DNA of 64,000 nucleotides from Verrucomicrobiota bacterium. GTDB taxonomy: Bacteria > Verrucomicrobiota > Verrucomicrobiia > JAWXBN01 > JAWXCD01. The translations under genes were made by a program, and so were the position numbers. The stretch lies in NCBI GenBank assembly GCA_034440535.1, contig JAWXCD010000084.1:5353-69352 (forward strand), read 5' to 3'. Within the stretch, counting starts at the first letter, position 1. Each line of letters begins with the position of its first letter. This document shows, one piece after another, positions 18,538 to 27,970 of the stretch. The notes under the pieces are model-generated. The model saw nothing but the letters and a program-made list of their open reading frames with translations, was not told the origin of the DNA and did not search any database.

Positions 18538-19317
18538 ATGAATTCAAATTTTCATCCCACTGCTGTTATCAGTCCTGAAGCCCAGATCGGTGCGAATGTT
18601 CAAGTGGGGCCGTATTGCATCATCAATGCGGGTGTCACAATAGGAGATAATTGTAAGCTGCACTCTCATGTTGTGATCGATGGACCTACCCACATCGGGC
18701 GGGAAAACGAATTTTACCCTTTCTCGGCTATCGGTGGTCTGACCCAAGATAAAAAATATAAGGGCGAACCCACTTATTGCATCATCGGAGATCGAAACAT
18801 TTTCCGCGAATATATGACCGTCCATCGCGGCACGGGGCCGGAAGAAAAAACTGTTATTGGGTCCGACAACCTTTTTTTAGCTTACACGCATATCGCCCAC
18901 AATTGTATGCTCGGCAACTCGATCATCATGTCCAACTGCGGCACGCTGGCTGGTCATGTAGTTGTCGAAGATAAGGCGATCATCGGAGGCTTGGCTGCGG
19001 TTCACCAATTCTGTCGCATCGGGACTATGTCTATCATTGGAGGATGCTCCAAAGTGGTTCAAGATGTACCTCCTTACATGATGGCGGATGGGAATCCAGC
19101 GGAGGTTCGGACGATCAATAAAGTGGGTCTTGAACGAAATGGGTTTGCGGAAGAAAAAGTAAAAGCCATCCGAGAAGCTTTCAAACTCGTGTTTAAAAAT
19201 CGCGAGATTACGACGACTAAAGCTCTGGATCAGATGGAACAAGTTTTAGGTCACCACGAAGAAGTGCGACACCTCATTCAATTTTTCCGCACGTCAGAGC
19301 GCGGTATTTGCCGTTGA
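18538..19317 (+). CDS. lpxA: acyl-ACP--UDP-GlcNAc O-acyltransferase
   Basis: 259 aa. Hexapeptide-repeat LbH domain and a C-terminal helical domain ('INKVGLERNGF'). Follows lpxC/fabZ after a 5-nt gap. Confidence 0.92.
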   Translation: MNSNFHPTAVISPEAQIGANVQVGPYCIINAGVTIGDNCKLHSHVVIDGPTHIGRENEFYPFSAIGGLTQDKKYKGEPTYCIIGDRNIFREYMTVHRGTGPEEKTVIGSDNLFLAYTHIAHNCMLGNSIIMSNCGTLAGHVVVEDKAIIGGLAAVHQFCRIGTMSIIGGCSKVVQDVPPYMMADGNPAEVRTINKVGLERNGFAEEKVKAIREAFKLVFKNREITTTKALDQMEQVLGHHEEVRHLIQFFRTSERGICR

Positions 19318-20772
19318 GATATACGAAGGCTCTGGGATGGCGTACCGCTTAAGCACCCTTTGCGTGGCCTGATCTAATCCTGCTGCATCCAGCACAATCT
19401 TCTCGGGCACGCTCCCCGGCAAAAACTCAATGACATGAAACTCGCCTTGTGGAGACTGTAACGCTTTTTTCAAATCAATAAGGCTAGAAACCTTTACCCC
19501 GTTGACTTTATTCAACAGAAGGAATCGGTAGTCTTGGTACCCAAGGTTGTACATATCAGGAAGAACCATTGTCATCATCAACAGTGCCTTGTGGTCGGTC
19601 GCAGGACCTTGTTGATTATAATAAGCAAGGCGGAACGGTGCTTTTCCCATGTAATCAGCGCCCCAGCTTTTCAGGAAAGGTTCGGTAAGCGGTTGAAAAA
19701 CTAACCCCCCATAAATGGAATATTCAGGGGCCTGATCATAGAGATCTGACGGCACCAACCGCTGGGAATCGTCAGCGCGTGGTAGTATGTAATTCACATC
19801 AAGCTGTTTCCCCTCTCTCCAAACTTTCACCTTCAAGATCGTGTTTGCCCAACCTTGACGCGTGGCGAGATTTTCGAAGCTGAGATGCCCATAGACTGGG
19901 TCTTGATAATCCCCTTCGGCATCAATATCAAATCCGTCCACGTTCAAAATGATATCCTTCTCGAGAATCTCGGACTTTGAAGCTGTCTCTTTATGAATCT
20001 TGGTCACAACGACCCCCCGAGGTTCACCCTGCAGTTTTAAAGATGACGCAGAAGCAGGGTTCACATTTTCCTGCCATTTAAAATCAAAATAGCCAATGCC
20101 AGAATAGGTACCCTTGGCCACTGACTGAAAAATGGACCGTATAAAGGGACTTGGAATAACATTCAGGGTGCGTTTTTCTTGGGAACTCGTGATCCCTATT
20201 AGTTTATCATTATAAACCAAGGGCTCCGCCCAGCCTGCTCCTTCAATGTTTGATTCCGGTGCAAGGTGCAAGTACGGCGCGAAGGTCAGCTGTCCTGGCA
20301 TCACTGTCGGATGTTCTAAATACGCATTCTGAGTTTGGAAATTTCCATCTTTCCAGCGGATAAACGATGCCGATCCTTTCGTCGGAATCTTTTCAGCCAA
20401 CTCCGCAGGTTGCACCTGTTCCCAAAATTTATCATCCTGACAAGTGACCAACGCCAAGTTTGCGTGGTAATCTACCCAGGTCAATTTGCCGGTCCACCAT
20501 TTGCCGCGCCCGCCCTTTTGGATTCGAATAAGAGTTTGATTCGAGAAATGTTCCGCTGTTGTTAATATCCGCTTACCGTTCAGGACTACCCCGTTTTTTT
20601 CAACAGCGGCTAACCTCCGGCTCCATGGCTGAATATAATCGTATTGTTTGCGGGTCACTTCGATCATGACGATCGATTTTTCCCAATCCACAGCTTGTTT
20701 TTTAGGGGCGGCAATTATCCCGCCCTGAGCACCGAAGAATAGAGCGATGATTAATAAAAAAGGTCTCATCAT
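19294..20772 (-). CDS. secreted Deg/HtrA-like protein with PDZ-like C-terminal half, predicted catalytically inactive paralog
   Basis: 492 aa, collinear with the upstream protease. 'NLALV' replaces 'DLAIL' and 'EGAGWAEPLV' replaces 'GNSGGPV'. The shared C-terminal half includes 'YSIYGGLVFQPLT' and 'HVIEFLP'. ATGA overlap with the upstream gene. Confidence 0.75.
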   Translation of the reverse strand: MMRPFLLIIALFFGAQGGIIAAPKKQAVDWEKSIVMIEVTRKQYDYIQPWSRRLAAVEKNGVVLNGKRILTTAEHFSNQTLIRIQKGGRGKWWTGKLTWVDYHANLALVTCQDDKFWEQVQPAELAEKIPTKGSASFIRWKDGNFQTQNAYLEHPTVMPGQLTFAPYLHLAPESNIEGAGWAEPLVYNDKLIGITSSQEKRTLNVIPSPFIRSIFQSVAKGTYSGIGYFDFKWQENVNPASASSLKLQGEPRGVVVTKIHKETASKSEILEKDIILNVDGFDIDAEGDYQDPVYGHLSFENLATRQGWANTILKVKVWREGKQLDVNYILPRADDSQRLVPSDLYDQAPEYSIYGGLVFQPLTEPFLKSWGADYMGKAPFRLAYYNQQGPATDHKALLMMTMVLPDMYNLGYQDYRFLLLNKVNGVKVSSLIDLKKALQSPQGEFHVIEFLPGSVPEKIVLDAAGLDQATQRVLKRYAIPEPSYISTANTAL

Positions 20773-22289
20773 AAATTACCGTTCTTTGGGACCCCGTAAG
20801 TGCTTAAAATCTCGGCGTTAGCGTCATCGGACGCTTTGCGATCCAACGCTTCGAACACTTTGTTCGGAAGAAACTCGATGATGTGCTGGTCTTTTTTATT
20901 GGACTCAAACGCCTTCACAACATCTTCCAGACTGTTTATCCTGATTCCATTAATCTGATCCACCAATACGCCGCCCTTAATTTTAAAGTTCGCGTTGACC
21001 GCATGTGAAAGTATCGCCGAAAGCACCACCGGCTCGCCACGTCGTTTTGTGGGGTCTTCATGACGTTGATGCGTAAGCTCATAAAGGAGCTTGGCAAAAA
21101 ACTCGTCATTCAAATTCCTCCCCGTTGTTTTTAAATAATCAAAACTCAAAGGCGTGAAGACGAGCCCACCATAAATGTAATAGCGAGGCGTGAGATCATA
21201 CTGATTCCCCTCCGCCCGGTCGTCTTTGTAAAAATAACTGGGCAATTCGAGTTCGAGTTCCTTTTTATCCCGCCAGATTTTCAACTTCACGTTGTTCCCG
21301 TGCTGAATCTGATCAAATGCGGCTCCAGCATCGACTCGGTTTCCTTCAAGGAGGATGGACCCGTCATTCGCGACAGGGTAAGGCCCGACTTTCAATAAGA
21401 CATCGTCCTTTTTAATCACGCTTGTCGTGGAAGGTATGGGCAACATACCGTCAATCCGTGCGCCACTATCTTCATCAGGTAAAGCCAATAGTTTGCGGAA
21501 AGCTGGATTCTGTAATGGTACAATTTTTAATCCAACATCAGGAAACCCATCATATTTCCCGTCTTTAATGTCTTCGAGGAAGTGTTCAATTATAGGCGGT
21601 GGTATAAAGAAACCCGTATTCTCCAAACCCACCAATCCCTGAAACGCCACACCCACAACAAGGTCCTCCTGAATCACGGGTCCCCCACTGTTCCCGGGGT
21701 TAATCGCCGCGTCTGTCTGCACGGCAAGAAAACTTCGGTTAGAAATATGCGCATACTTTTGCATTTCTATCCGGGACACAACTCCGCGGGTGTACGATAT
21801 TTGCTCGCCCCCAGCCGGAAAGCCGTAGGTCAACACAGTTGACCGCACTTTGGGTAATGCGCCGAAGTTTAATGGCTCCATTCCCTTAAAAAAGCTCTCA
21901 TCTTCAACTTCCAAAATCGCTAAATCACAATCATGTGCAGCGAACAAAACCCGGCAACTGTACGGTTTGGGATCCTGATACCGTTTAACAAAAATCTGCT
22001 TGGCCCAACTGATCACGTGAGCGTTCGTCATGATCCGTTTACCTGAAATGACAAAACCGGTCCCCGAGCTGCGGCCCACCGTACTTTGCCGCCATGGCGC
22101 CGTCCAATCAGGGAACTGACTGAATGTCATGATCTGAACAACAGACTTTTCTGGCTCAGAAGCATTTAATATTGATGTGAATGGGAGGGAACTAACGAGA
22201 AGTATAAAGAATATCCGGAGCGACACGCCTTCACAATGAAAATGCCGCGCGGGAAAATCAAGGACAATTAATAATGCTCGTAAGATCAT
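20769..22289 (-). CDS. trypsin-fold serine protease (S1C, Deg/HtrA-like) with PDZ-like domains
   Basis: 506 aa. Catalytic triad contexts 'TNAHVI', 'DCDLAILEV' and 'NPGNSGGPV'. The true start may be a downstream GTG before the signal-like 'VSLRIFFILLVSSLPFTS'. Confidence 0.85.
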   Translation of the reverse strand: MILRALLIVLDFPARHFHCEGVSLRIFFILLVSSLPFTSILNASEPEKSVVQIMTFSQFPDWTAPWRQSTVGRSSGTGFVISGKRIMTNAHVISWAKQIFVKRYQDPKPYSCRVLFAAHDCDLAILEVEDESFFKGMEPLNFGALPKVRSTVLTYGFPAGGEQISYTRGVVSRIEMQKYAHISNRSFLAVQTDAAINPGNSGGPVIQEDLVVGVAFQGLVGLENTGFFIPPPIIEHFLEDIKDGKYDGFPDVGLKIVPLQNPAFRKLLALPDEDSGARIDGMLPIPSTTSVIKKDDVLLKVGPYPVANDGSILLEGNRVDAGAAFDQIQHGNNVKLKIWRDKKELELELPSYFYKDDRAEGNQYDLTPRYYIYGGLVFTPLSFDYLKTTGRNLNDEFFAKLLYELTHQRHEDPTKRRGEPVVLSAILSHAVNANFKIKGGVLVDQINGIRINSLEDVVKAFESNKKDQHIIEFLPNKVFEALDRKASDDANAEILSTYGVPKNGNL

Positions 22290-22382
22290 GCTGCTTGGAT
22301 GGAAAAGTAGGGGTTACCGTAAAAACACGTTTCCCTTATAAAAGTTTCAAACTTGTATGAGCGTAAAACCGAATCAAAAAAA

Positions 22383-22457
<75 letters not shown>

Positions 22458-22484
22458 ATGTGGAAGGACTGATATAATTACGAA

Positions 22485-22716
22485 ACCCGCGCCCCGTCCG
22501 CAAGTGATATTTTTCTCATTCTTCCATGGGGGTTGATCTTGCATCCCGTTGCCTCACCTTCACGTGGTGCTCAGACGATCCTTTGGTTCGCTCGATCGAG
22601 CGACTCCTGCGATCGTCTGGCCTGCCAGATTTGGCAGGCAGCCGCCCCGTCACAGGAGGTGTCTCTACAGACTAGTCCTTGTCAAAGTAAGAGTTTTCTT
22701 ACTTTGCCTTTTTTTT
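22485..22716 (+). ncRNA. candidate unclassified small RNA or structured spacer (weak call)
   Basis: Nested palindromes: GACGATC...GATCGTC enclosing GCTCGATCGAGC, then CTGCCAGATTTGGCAG and GACTAGTC. It ends in a 10-bp hairpin plus T8 (22683..22716) on the plus strand. A 'TGATATAAT' box sits at 22470-22478, but that box may belong to the divergent tRNA-Met promoter. Confidence 0.2.
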
Positions 22717-23937
22717 GCGGGTCTGGTGAACGCTGGCTTCCACCTTGAGACGAAGGCCGTTGAGGCGAATGAATCCGGTGGCGTCATCTTGGTTATACGC
22801 TTGGGTGGGGTCCGCTTCCATGGTGGCGATGTGCGGGTTGTACAGGCTCACGGGGCTTTTGCGACCAGCAGTGATAATATTCCCTTTATATAACTTGAGA
22901 CGCACGGTGCCGGTGACGTTCTTCTGCGATTCGGTAATCGCGGCTTGCAAGAATTGGCGTTCGGGAGCGTACCAATACCCGTAATAAACCATTTCACTAT
23001 ATTTAGGTACCAACGAGTCTCGCAGATGCATCACTTCGCGATCCATGGTCAACGTTTCAATTTGGCGATGACCAAAGTGGAGAATAGATCCACCTGGGGT
23101 TTCATAAACTCCGCGACTTTTCATCCCGACGTATCGGTTCTCGACAAGGTCAACTCGACCGATGCCGTGTTTGCCCCCGAGTTTATTGAGAGTGCGCATC
23201 ACTTCGAGCGGGGTCAGTTTCTTATCGTTTACCGCAACGCAGTTACCTTTTACAAAGTCAAGGGTCACATACTCTGGCTTGTTAGGTGCGTCTTCTGGAG
23301 AAACAGACAGCATATACATATCTTTGTATTTTGCCTCGGAGGCATCAAGCCATGGATCTTCCAGAATACCGGCTTCATAACTGATGTGCAAAAGGTTGCG
23401 ATCCATCGAGTAGGGTTTTTTGGCACTGGCCTGAATGGGTATGTTGTGCTTGGCCGCGTAGTTAATCATTTCAATCCGGCCGGGGAATTCTGATCGAAAC
23501 GCTTTATCTCTCCAAGGCGCTATGACCTTTAACTCAGGGGCAAGGGCAGATACAGTGAGTTCGAAGCGAACCTGGTCATTCCCTTTCCCTGTTGCACCGT
23601 GAGCTACGGCATCGGCCTTTTCTTTGCGAGCAATTTCGACCATTCGTTTAGCGATCAGAGGGCGCGCGATGGAAGTGCCCAAAAAGTATTGGCTCTCGTA
23701 AATTGCACCTGCTTGAACCATCGGATAAATAAAATCTGATGCGAATTCATCCTGTAAATCTTCGATAAAACACTTACTCGCTCCTGTTTTTCTCGCTTTC
23801 TCATCTAGCCCGTCCAGTTCTTCTTCCTGACCGACGTTAGCACAAAACGCGATGATTTCAGCGTTGTAACGCTCTTTTAACCAAGTTAAAATTACTGAGG
23901 TGTCTAATCCTCCGGAATAAGCCAAAACAATTTTCAT
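22699..23937 (-). CDS. argG: argininosuccinate synthase
   Basis: 412 aa. 'AYSGGLDTS' ATP-binding motif, '[14 protein letters not shown]' and '[14 protein letters not shown]'. Confidence 0.95.
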   Translation of the reverse strand: MKIVLAYSGGLDTSVILTWLKERYNAEIIAFCANVGQEEELDGLDEKARKTGASKCFIEDLQDEFASDFIYPMVQAGAIYESQYFLGTSIARPLIAKRMVEIARKEKADAVAHGATGKGNDQVRFELTVSALAPELKVIAPWRDKAFRSEFPGRIEMINYAAKHNIPIQASAKKPYSMDRNLLHISYEAGILEDPWLDASEAKYKDMYMLSVSPEDAPNKPEYVTLDFVKGNCVAVNDKKLTPLEVMRTLNKLGGKHGIGRVDLVENRYVGMKSRGVYETPGGSILHFGHRQIETLTMDREVMHLRDSLVPKYSEMVYYGYWYAPERQFLQAAITESQKNVTGTVRLKLYKGNIITAGRKSPVSLYNPHIATMEADPTQAYNQDDATGFIRLNGLRLKVEASVHQTRKKKAK

Positions 23938-24008
23938 GGCCCTGTTTCTAACCTCACCTGCTGGCGACGCAATAAAATTTCATTTGTGAACGGAATCCCT
24001 TAGCTGGC

Positions 24009-24599
24009 ATGAAACATGATAAGTATATGCTTATGAAAATGTGGACCCTGTCTATCCTTGTCGTGTTGTGCCCGCTGTTGGTCATGGGTGATGACAAATC
24101 GAGATCAACTATCGTTAAAACAAATACAACGACTGTGACTGTGACGAATACAGCGACGGTATCCACAAATGCGAATGCATCGATCACAGGTGAACCGCGT
24201 ATTAGATTTCCTCAAATCGAAGATGTTTTTGAAACTTACCGGAGGTTTGGTGGCCCAGCGGCCATTGACAAAATGGTTCAAGGGGCTCCCCGTGATGTCG
24301 ATGGAGATGTTCGTACTGAGGTGACTCCAGCCTTTTCAGAACTTCAGAGCTCGTTTGGAAGTTTTACGGGATACGATGTCATGCGCGTCATGACCATTTC
24401 CAGCGACCATCATCGGCTCTTTCTTAAATTGAATTACGAACGCGGAACCGGGTATGCCATGATCGACCAAATTGCGAAAGCAAATGGGGTGGGTTATATA
24501 GCTAAAGCTTTGGTGAATCGTGATCCAGAACGGATCTTTCCACAAAATGTTGTTGAACGTATCAGCCCTCCGCCCCTCGATCAAACACCTGGGCGCTGA
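24009..24599 (+). CDS. secreted hypothetical protein
   Basis: 196 aa. N-terminal signal-like 'MWTLSILVVLCPLLVMG', then a T/N/V-rich linker. No recognisable motif. Confidence 0.5.
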   Translation: MKHDKYMLMKMWTLSILVVLCPLLVMGDDKSRSTIVKTNTTTVTVTNTATVSTNANASITGEPRIRFPQIEDVFETYRRFGGPAAIDKMVQGAPRDVDGDVRTEVTPAFSELQSSFGSFTGYDVMRVMTISSDHHRLFLKLNYERGTGYAMIDQIAKANGVGYIAKALVNRDPERIFPQNVVERISPPPLDQTPGR

Positions 24600-24621
24600 A
24601 CGATCTGCTCCTGCCACTATC

Positions 24622-26469
24622 TTAAGCTGTGGTGATTTGCTGGTCCCACAGTCGGGCAAAGACGCCTTTATTTTCGAGCAACTCAAGCAGGGTCCCCTGC
24701 TCTACAATTTTACCTTGTTCAAGGACTACAATAAGGCCCGCTTTTTGTATGGTCGAGAGCCGATGCGCAATCGAAATAACGGTTCGACCTTGAGAGACTT
24801 CGTCGAGGGCTTCCTGCACAAGTCTTTCCGACTCGGAATCAAGTGCAGAGGTGGCCTCGTCTAGAATCAGAATGGCTGGATCAGGTAAAATGGCTCGGGC
24901 AATCGACAGACGCTGGCGTTGGCCCCCAGATAGTTGAACACCCCTTTCTCCGATGTTTGAATCGTAACCCTCTGGCATTGCCGAAATAAAGTCGTGTGCA
25001 TGGGCAAGTTTGGCGGCGCGTACGATTTCTTCGCGAGTCGCTTCCGGTTTTCCATAGGCTATATTTGCCGCAATAGTCGTGTTAAAAAGGAAGGTTTCCT
25101 GTGTGACCATTCCAATCTGGCGTCGCAAAGATAATTGAGTGACCTCCCGCAAGTCCAAGCCGTCTAAAAGCACACGCCCTGAGGTGGGATCATAAAACCT
25201 GCACAATAGATTTATAATCGAAGTCTTTCCTCCGCCACTTGGGCCTACTAAAGCCACAAATGCCCCCCGAGGAATGACCAGTGAAAACTCCGAGATGACC
25301 GGATGCTTGTCGTAAGCAAAAGTGACGTTATCAAACTTAATTTCTCGCGCGAGCACAGGCAGGACGGCTGAACCCTTGGCATCGACAACGGTCTTTGGTT
25401 CATCTAACACCTCGAAGATACGTTCAGCGGAAGCAGCGGCCGCTTGAAGGGTTAAATGGAGTTTGCTGATAGATTTGACGGGATTATAAATGACAAACAT
25501 CGCCCCCATGAAAGCCACCACATGTGAGGGAGGCAGTTTATTAACATAGGCATACACCAAAACTAAGCTCCCGGCCACAGCACCGAAGACCTCAATCGTG
25601 GGGCTTAATATCGAGTTGGAGCGCACAACCCGCATCGTATGGAAAACAAGGGTGCCTGTGTTTTTCTGGAACTTTTTTATCTCGGCATCTTCTCGTCCAA
25701 AAGCTTTCACAACCCGGATACCAGAAAATGCCTCGTGCATGAGAGAAACCAACTGCCCGAGATTTTTCTGAGATTCCTTACTCGCCTTACGGACCTTACG
25801 CCCATAAAAGAAAATGGGCACCAAACAAAGCGGGATCATGATAAGAGCAAGCATCGAAAGGGTCGCATCGATTGTTACCAGCAGCGCAGCGGAAATAAGG
25901 AGCGTCAGAGGCTGTTTCACGGCATCTGCAATGACGTTGACGAGCGATTTCTGGACTTCGTTAGTGTCATGGCTAATTCGAGCCATTAAATCGCCTGTAC
26001 TACTCCGGTTAAAAAAACTGAGGGACAATTCCTGAACATGGACAAAAAGCCGGGTCCGAATGTCCATGGTAACGCGAACGCCAACCCAATTGAGCAGGTA
26101 AACATTGAGGAAGTTAAAAAATCCTTTCAGGAAAAAGACGAGAGGAATCAGAAGCGCAATGCAGAGCGTGACTTTGGGGCTAAGGTCACGCTGGGGTTCA
26201 GGAAACACTTTGTACAGTTTCGCACTCGCCCGGTCTTTTAAGGCTGCTAAACGCTTTTCCATCCCCCGAAATAAAACAAATTTTTTGGAATCAACTTTCT
26301 CAACGGAGGTGGTCTTAGTTTCAACGGGGAATATGTAATCGCCGGAAAATTTAATGGTTCCTATCAGCGCCGCGTTAGTGATGGCATAAAGGACTCCTGC
26401 GCATAGCCCGAGGATAAACCGGGTGCGATAGGGCGTGAGATATTGCAGAAGCCGACGGTACCATTGCAT
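24622..26469 (-). CDS. ABC exporter, fused TMD-NBD (MsbA/ABCB-like lipid or drug exporter)
   Basis: 615 aa. Six-TM N-terminal half, Walker A 'GPSGGGKTS', signature 'LSGGQRQRLSIARA', Walker B 'ILILDEATSALD'. Confidence 0.88.
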   Translation of the reverse strand: MQWYRRLLQYLTPYRTRFILGLCAGVLYAITNAALIGTIKFSGDYIFPVETKTTSVEKVDSKKFVLFRGMEKRLAALKDRASAKLYKVFPEPQRDLSPKVTLCIALLIPLVFFLKGFFNFLNVYLLNWVGVRVTMDIRTRLFVHVQELSLSFFNRSSTGDLMARISHDTNEVQKSLVNVIADAVKQPLTLLISAALLVTIDATLSMLALIMIPLCLVPIFFYGRKVRKASKESQKNLGQLVSLMHEAFSGIRVVKAFGREDAEIKKFQKNTGTLVFHTMRVVRSNSILSPTIEVFGAVAGSLVLVYAYVNKLPPSHVVAFMGAMFVIYNPVKSISKLHLTLQAAAASAERIFEVLDEPKTVVDAKGSAVLPVLAREIKFDNVTFAYDKHPVISEFSLVIPRGAFVALVGPSGGGKTSIINLLCRFYDPTSGRVLLDGLDLREVTQLSLRRQIGMVTQETFLFNTTIAANIAYGKPEATREEIVRAAKLAHAHDFISAMPEGYDSNIGERGVQLSGGQRQRLSIARAILPDPAILILDEATSALDSESERLVQEALDEVSQGRTVISIAHRLSTIQKAGLIVVLEQGKIVEQGTLLELLENKGVFARLWDQQITTA

Positions 26470-26598
26470 AAGTAATTGCGCACATTAGGTACAAGCGTTC
26501 CAAAGCGCAAGTATTGCGGCAAACCGGAAAAAGGCGGTATCGCAGCCCCCTGCTTGTTTCGCTGAGTTGGTTTAATCCCCACTTTGAGCGAGGTTTGT

Positions 26599-26772
26599 CC
26601 TGTTGTTGACTCATAAGTCATTACACCGGCAACCGTGGAGGATGTCGATGAGTCAACAGGTCCTCCTAATCTCCTTTTTTCAATGGTTGACGCTGGTGAG
26701 GCAAAAAGATACGGTGTGCGCCCGGCATTATAAAAAAATAGATACACCTCGCTGGGAGCGGGGTTTTTTTTT
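26599..26772 (+). promoter_or_regulatory. structured 5' leader with two terminator-like hairpins upstream of the NDK-like gene (candidate attenuator, riboswitch or sRNA)
   Basis: Long hairpin CCTGTTGTTGACTCAT-33 nt-ATGAGTCAACAGG (26599-26660). An alternative GGAGGA(26637)/TCCTCC(26661) pairing is followed by T6 (26675-80). A second hairpin CCTCGCT-GGG-AGCGGGG plus T11 lies at 26747-26772, 19 nt before ATG 26792. Confidence 0.35.
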
Positions 26773-26791
26773 AGTGCTGGGTATAGAACAC

Positions 26792-27970
26792 ATGCCTGAA
26801 GAACTTTCATACGTCATTATTAATCCTACAACGATTTTTAAGTCGCGCACGGGCGGGGTCATAAACCGCTTACTCACGCGGACTCACCTGGATCTTGTCG
26901 CTGCACGTATGTTTTCTCCCGGGCAAAAGTTGGTCGAAGAATATGCTGGTTTGCACACCGCCACCAAGGTGGGTGACGCTGGGCGGGTTCAAAAACTGAT
27001 TCACGATTACGTTCTTAAACATTTCGGACCTGATCCAAAGACGGGTGGAAGGAAACGTGTCCTGGTTCTTTTACTCAAAGGGGAAGACGCGATAGCCAAA
27101 GTTCGGGCAGTAGTAGGTTCTATCCGGCATCATAATGTAGGTGGGGAAACCATTCGCGACACCTACGGCGATTATGTGACGGATGACAGCGGGAACGTTA
27201 TCTATTTTGAGCCTGCGGTCCTTGCCCCAACCAGCGCAGAAGAGGCTTCTCAACATTTAGCGGTTTGGACCAAGTTTTCAGACACAGATGGCGGCATTCT
27301 CGATAATGTGGTAGTTCATCAGCCCGAACAGAAGGTCGAACGCACGCTGGTCCTTATTAAACCCGATAACTTCACTTTCCCGACGGGTCGTCCAGGGAAC
27401 ATTATTGATATGTTTTCCAGGACGGGCCTTTACATCGTCGCCTTTAAGGTTCTTCGGATGAGCGTGGCTCAGGCGGAGGATTTCTATGGCCCGGTTCAAC
27501 CGGTTTTACGGGAGAAATTACGCGAACCGGTGGCTCAGCGCGCACGGGCGGTTTTAGAAAATGAATTTGCCAATATTAAATTCTCAGAAGAAACGGTCAT
27601 CAAGCTGGGCGATGTTCTGGGTCCCGTTTGTGCCGATCACCAATTTGAAAATATTGTGGAGTTTATGTCGGGTCGGCGCCCTTCACAGTGTCCGGAGTTC
27701 CTTAAAACTCAGGCCGGGGCCAGTATGTGCATCGGAATCATGTACGAAGGCCCTGACGCAGTAAGTAAAATCCGTGAGGTTCTAGGGCCTACGGACCCCT
27801 CAAAAGCCCCTCCGGGTTCTATCCGACGGGAGTTCGGTTCGAGCATCATGATCAATGCGGCCCATGCCTCTGATTCCACAGAAAGTTCAATTCGTGAATT
27901 TAAAATCGTGCAACTCGGCGAAAACAACTTTAAAGAAGTAGTCGACTGCTTTTACAAGAGTAACACCTAA
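26792..27970 (+). CDS. two-domain nucleoside-diphosphate-kinase-like protein
   Basis: The second domain has 'ERTLVLIKPDNF' and the active-site context 'NAAHASDSTESSIREF'. The first domain ('SYVIINPTTIFKSRTGGVINRLL') lacks the HxSD motif. ATG 26792 is preferred over the ORF-track TTG 26603, which would translate the hairpin/T-run leader. Confidence 0.7.
   Translation: MPEELSYVIINPTTIFKSRTGGVINRLLTRTHLDLVAARMFSPGQKLVEEYAGLHTATKVGDAGRVQKLIHDYVLKHFGPDPKTGGRKRVLVLLLKGEDAIAKVRAVVGSIRHHNVGGETIRDTYGDYVTDDSGNVIYFEPAVLAPTSAEEASQHLAVWTKFSDTDGGILDNVVVHQPEQKVERTLVLIKPDNFTFPTGRPGNIIDMFSRTGLYIVAFKVLRMSVAQAEDFYGPVQPVLREKLREPVAQRARAVLENEFANIKFSEETVIKLGDVLGPVCADHQFENIVEFMSGRRPSQCPEFLKTQAGASMCIGIMYEGPDAVSKIREVLGPTDPSKAPPGSIRREFGSSIMINAAHASDSTESSIREFKIVQLGENNFKEVVDCFYKSNT

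Noticed and set aside
22560-22660. SRP (4.5S) RNA or 6S RNA identity for the structured region next to argG
   Set aside because: 'GGCAGGCAGCC' superficially resembles the SRP helix-8 'GGAAGCAGCC'. However, the GNRA tetraloop and the 'GGUCAGGUCC' 5' strand are missing. No 5'/3' closing stem typical of 6S RNA could be drawn.
26603-26791. The N-terminal extension of the NDK-like ORF from TTG 26603
   Set aside because: It would translate two hairpins and a T11 run ('ERGFFLVLG') and has no NDK-like sequence. The NDK-like fold starts right after ATG 26792.
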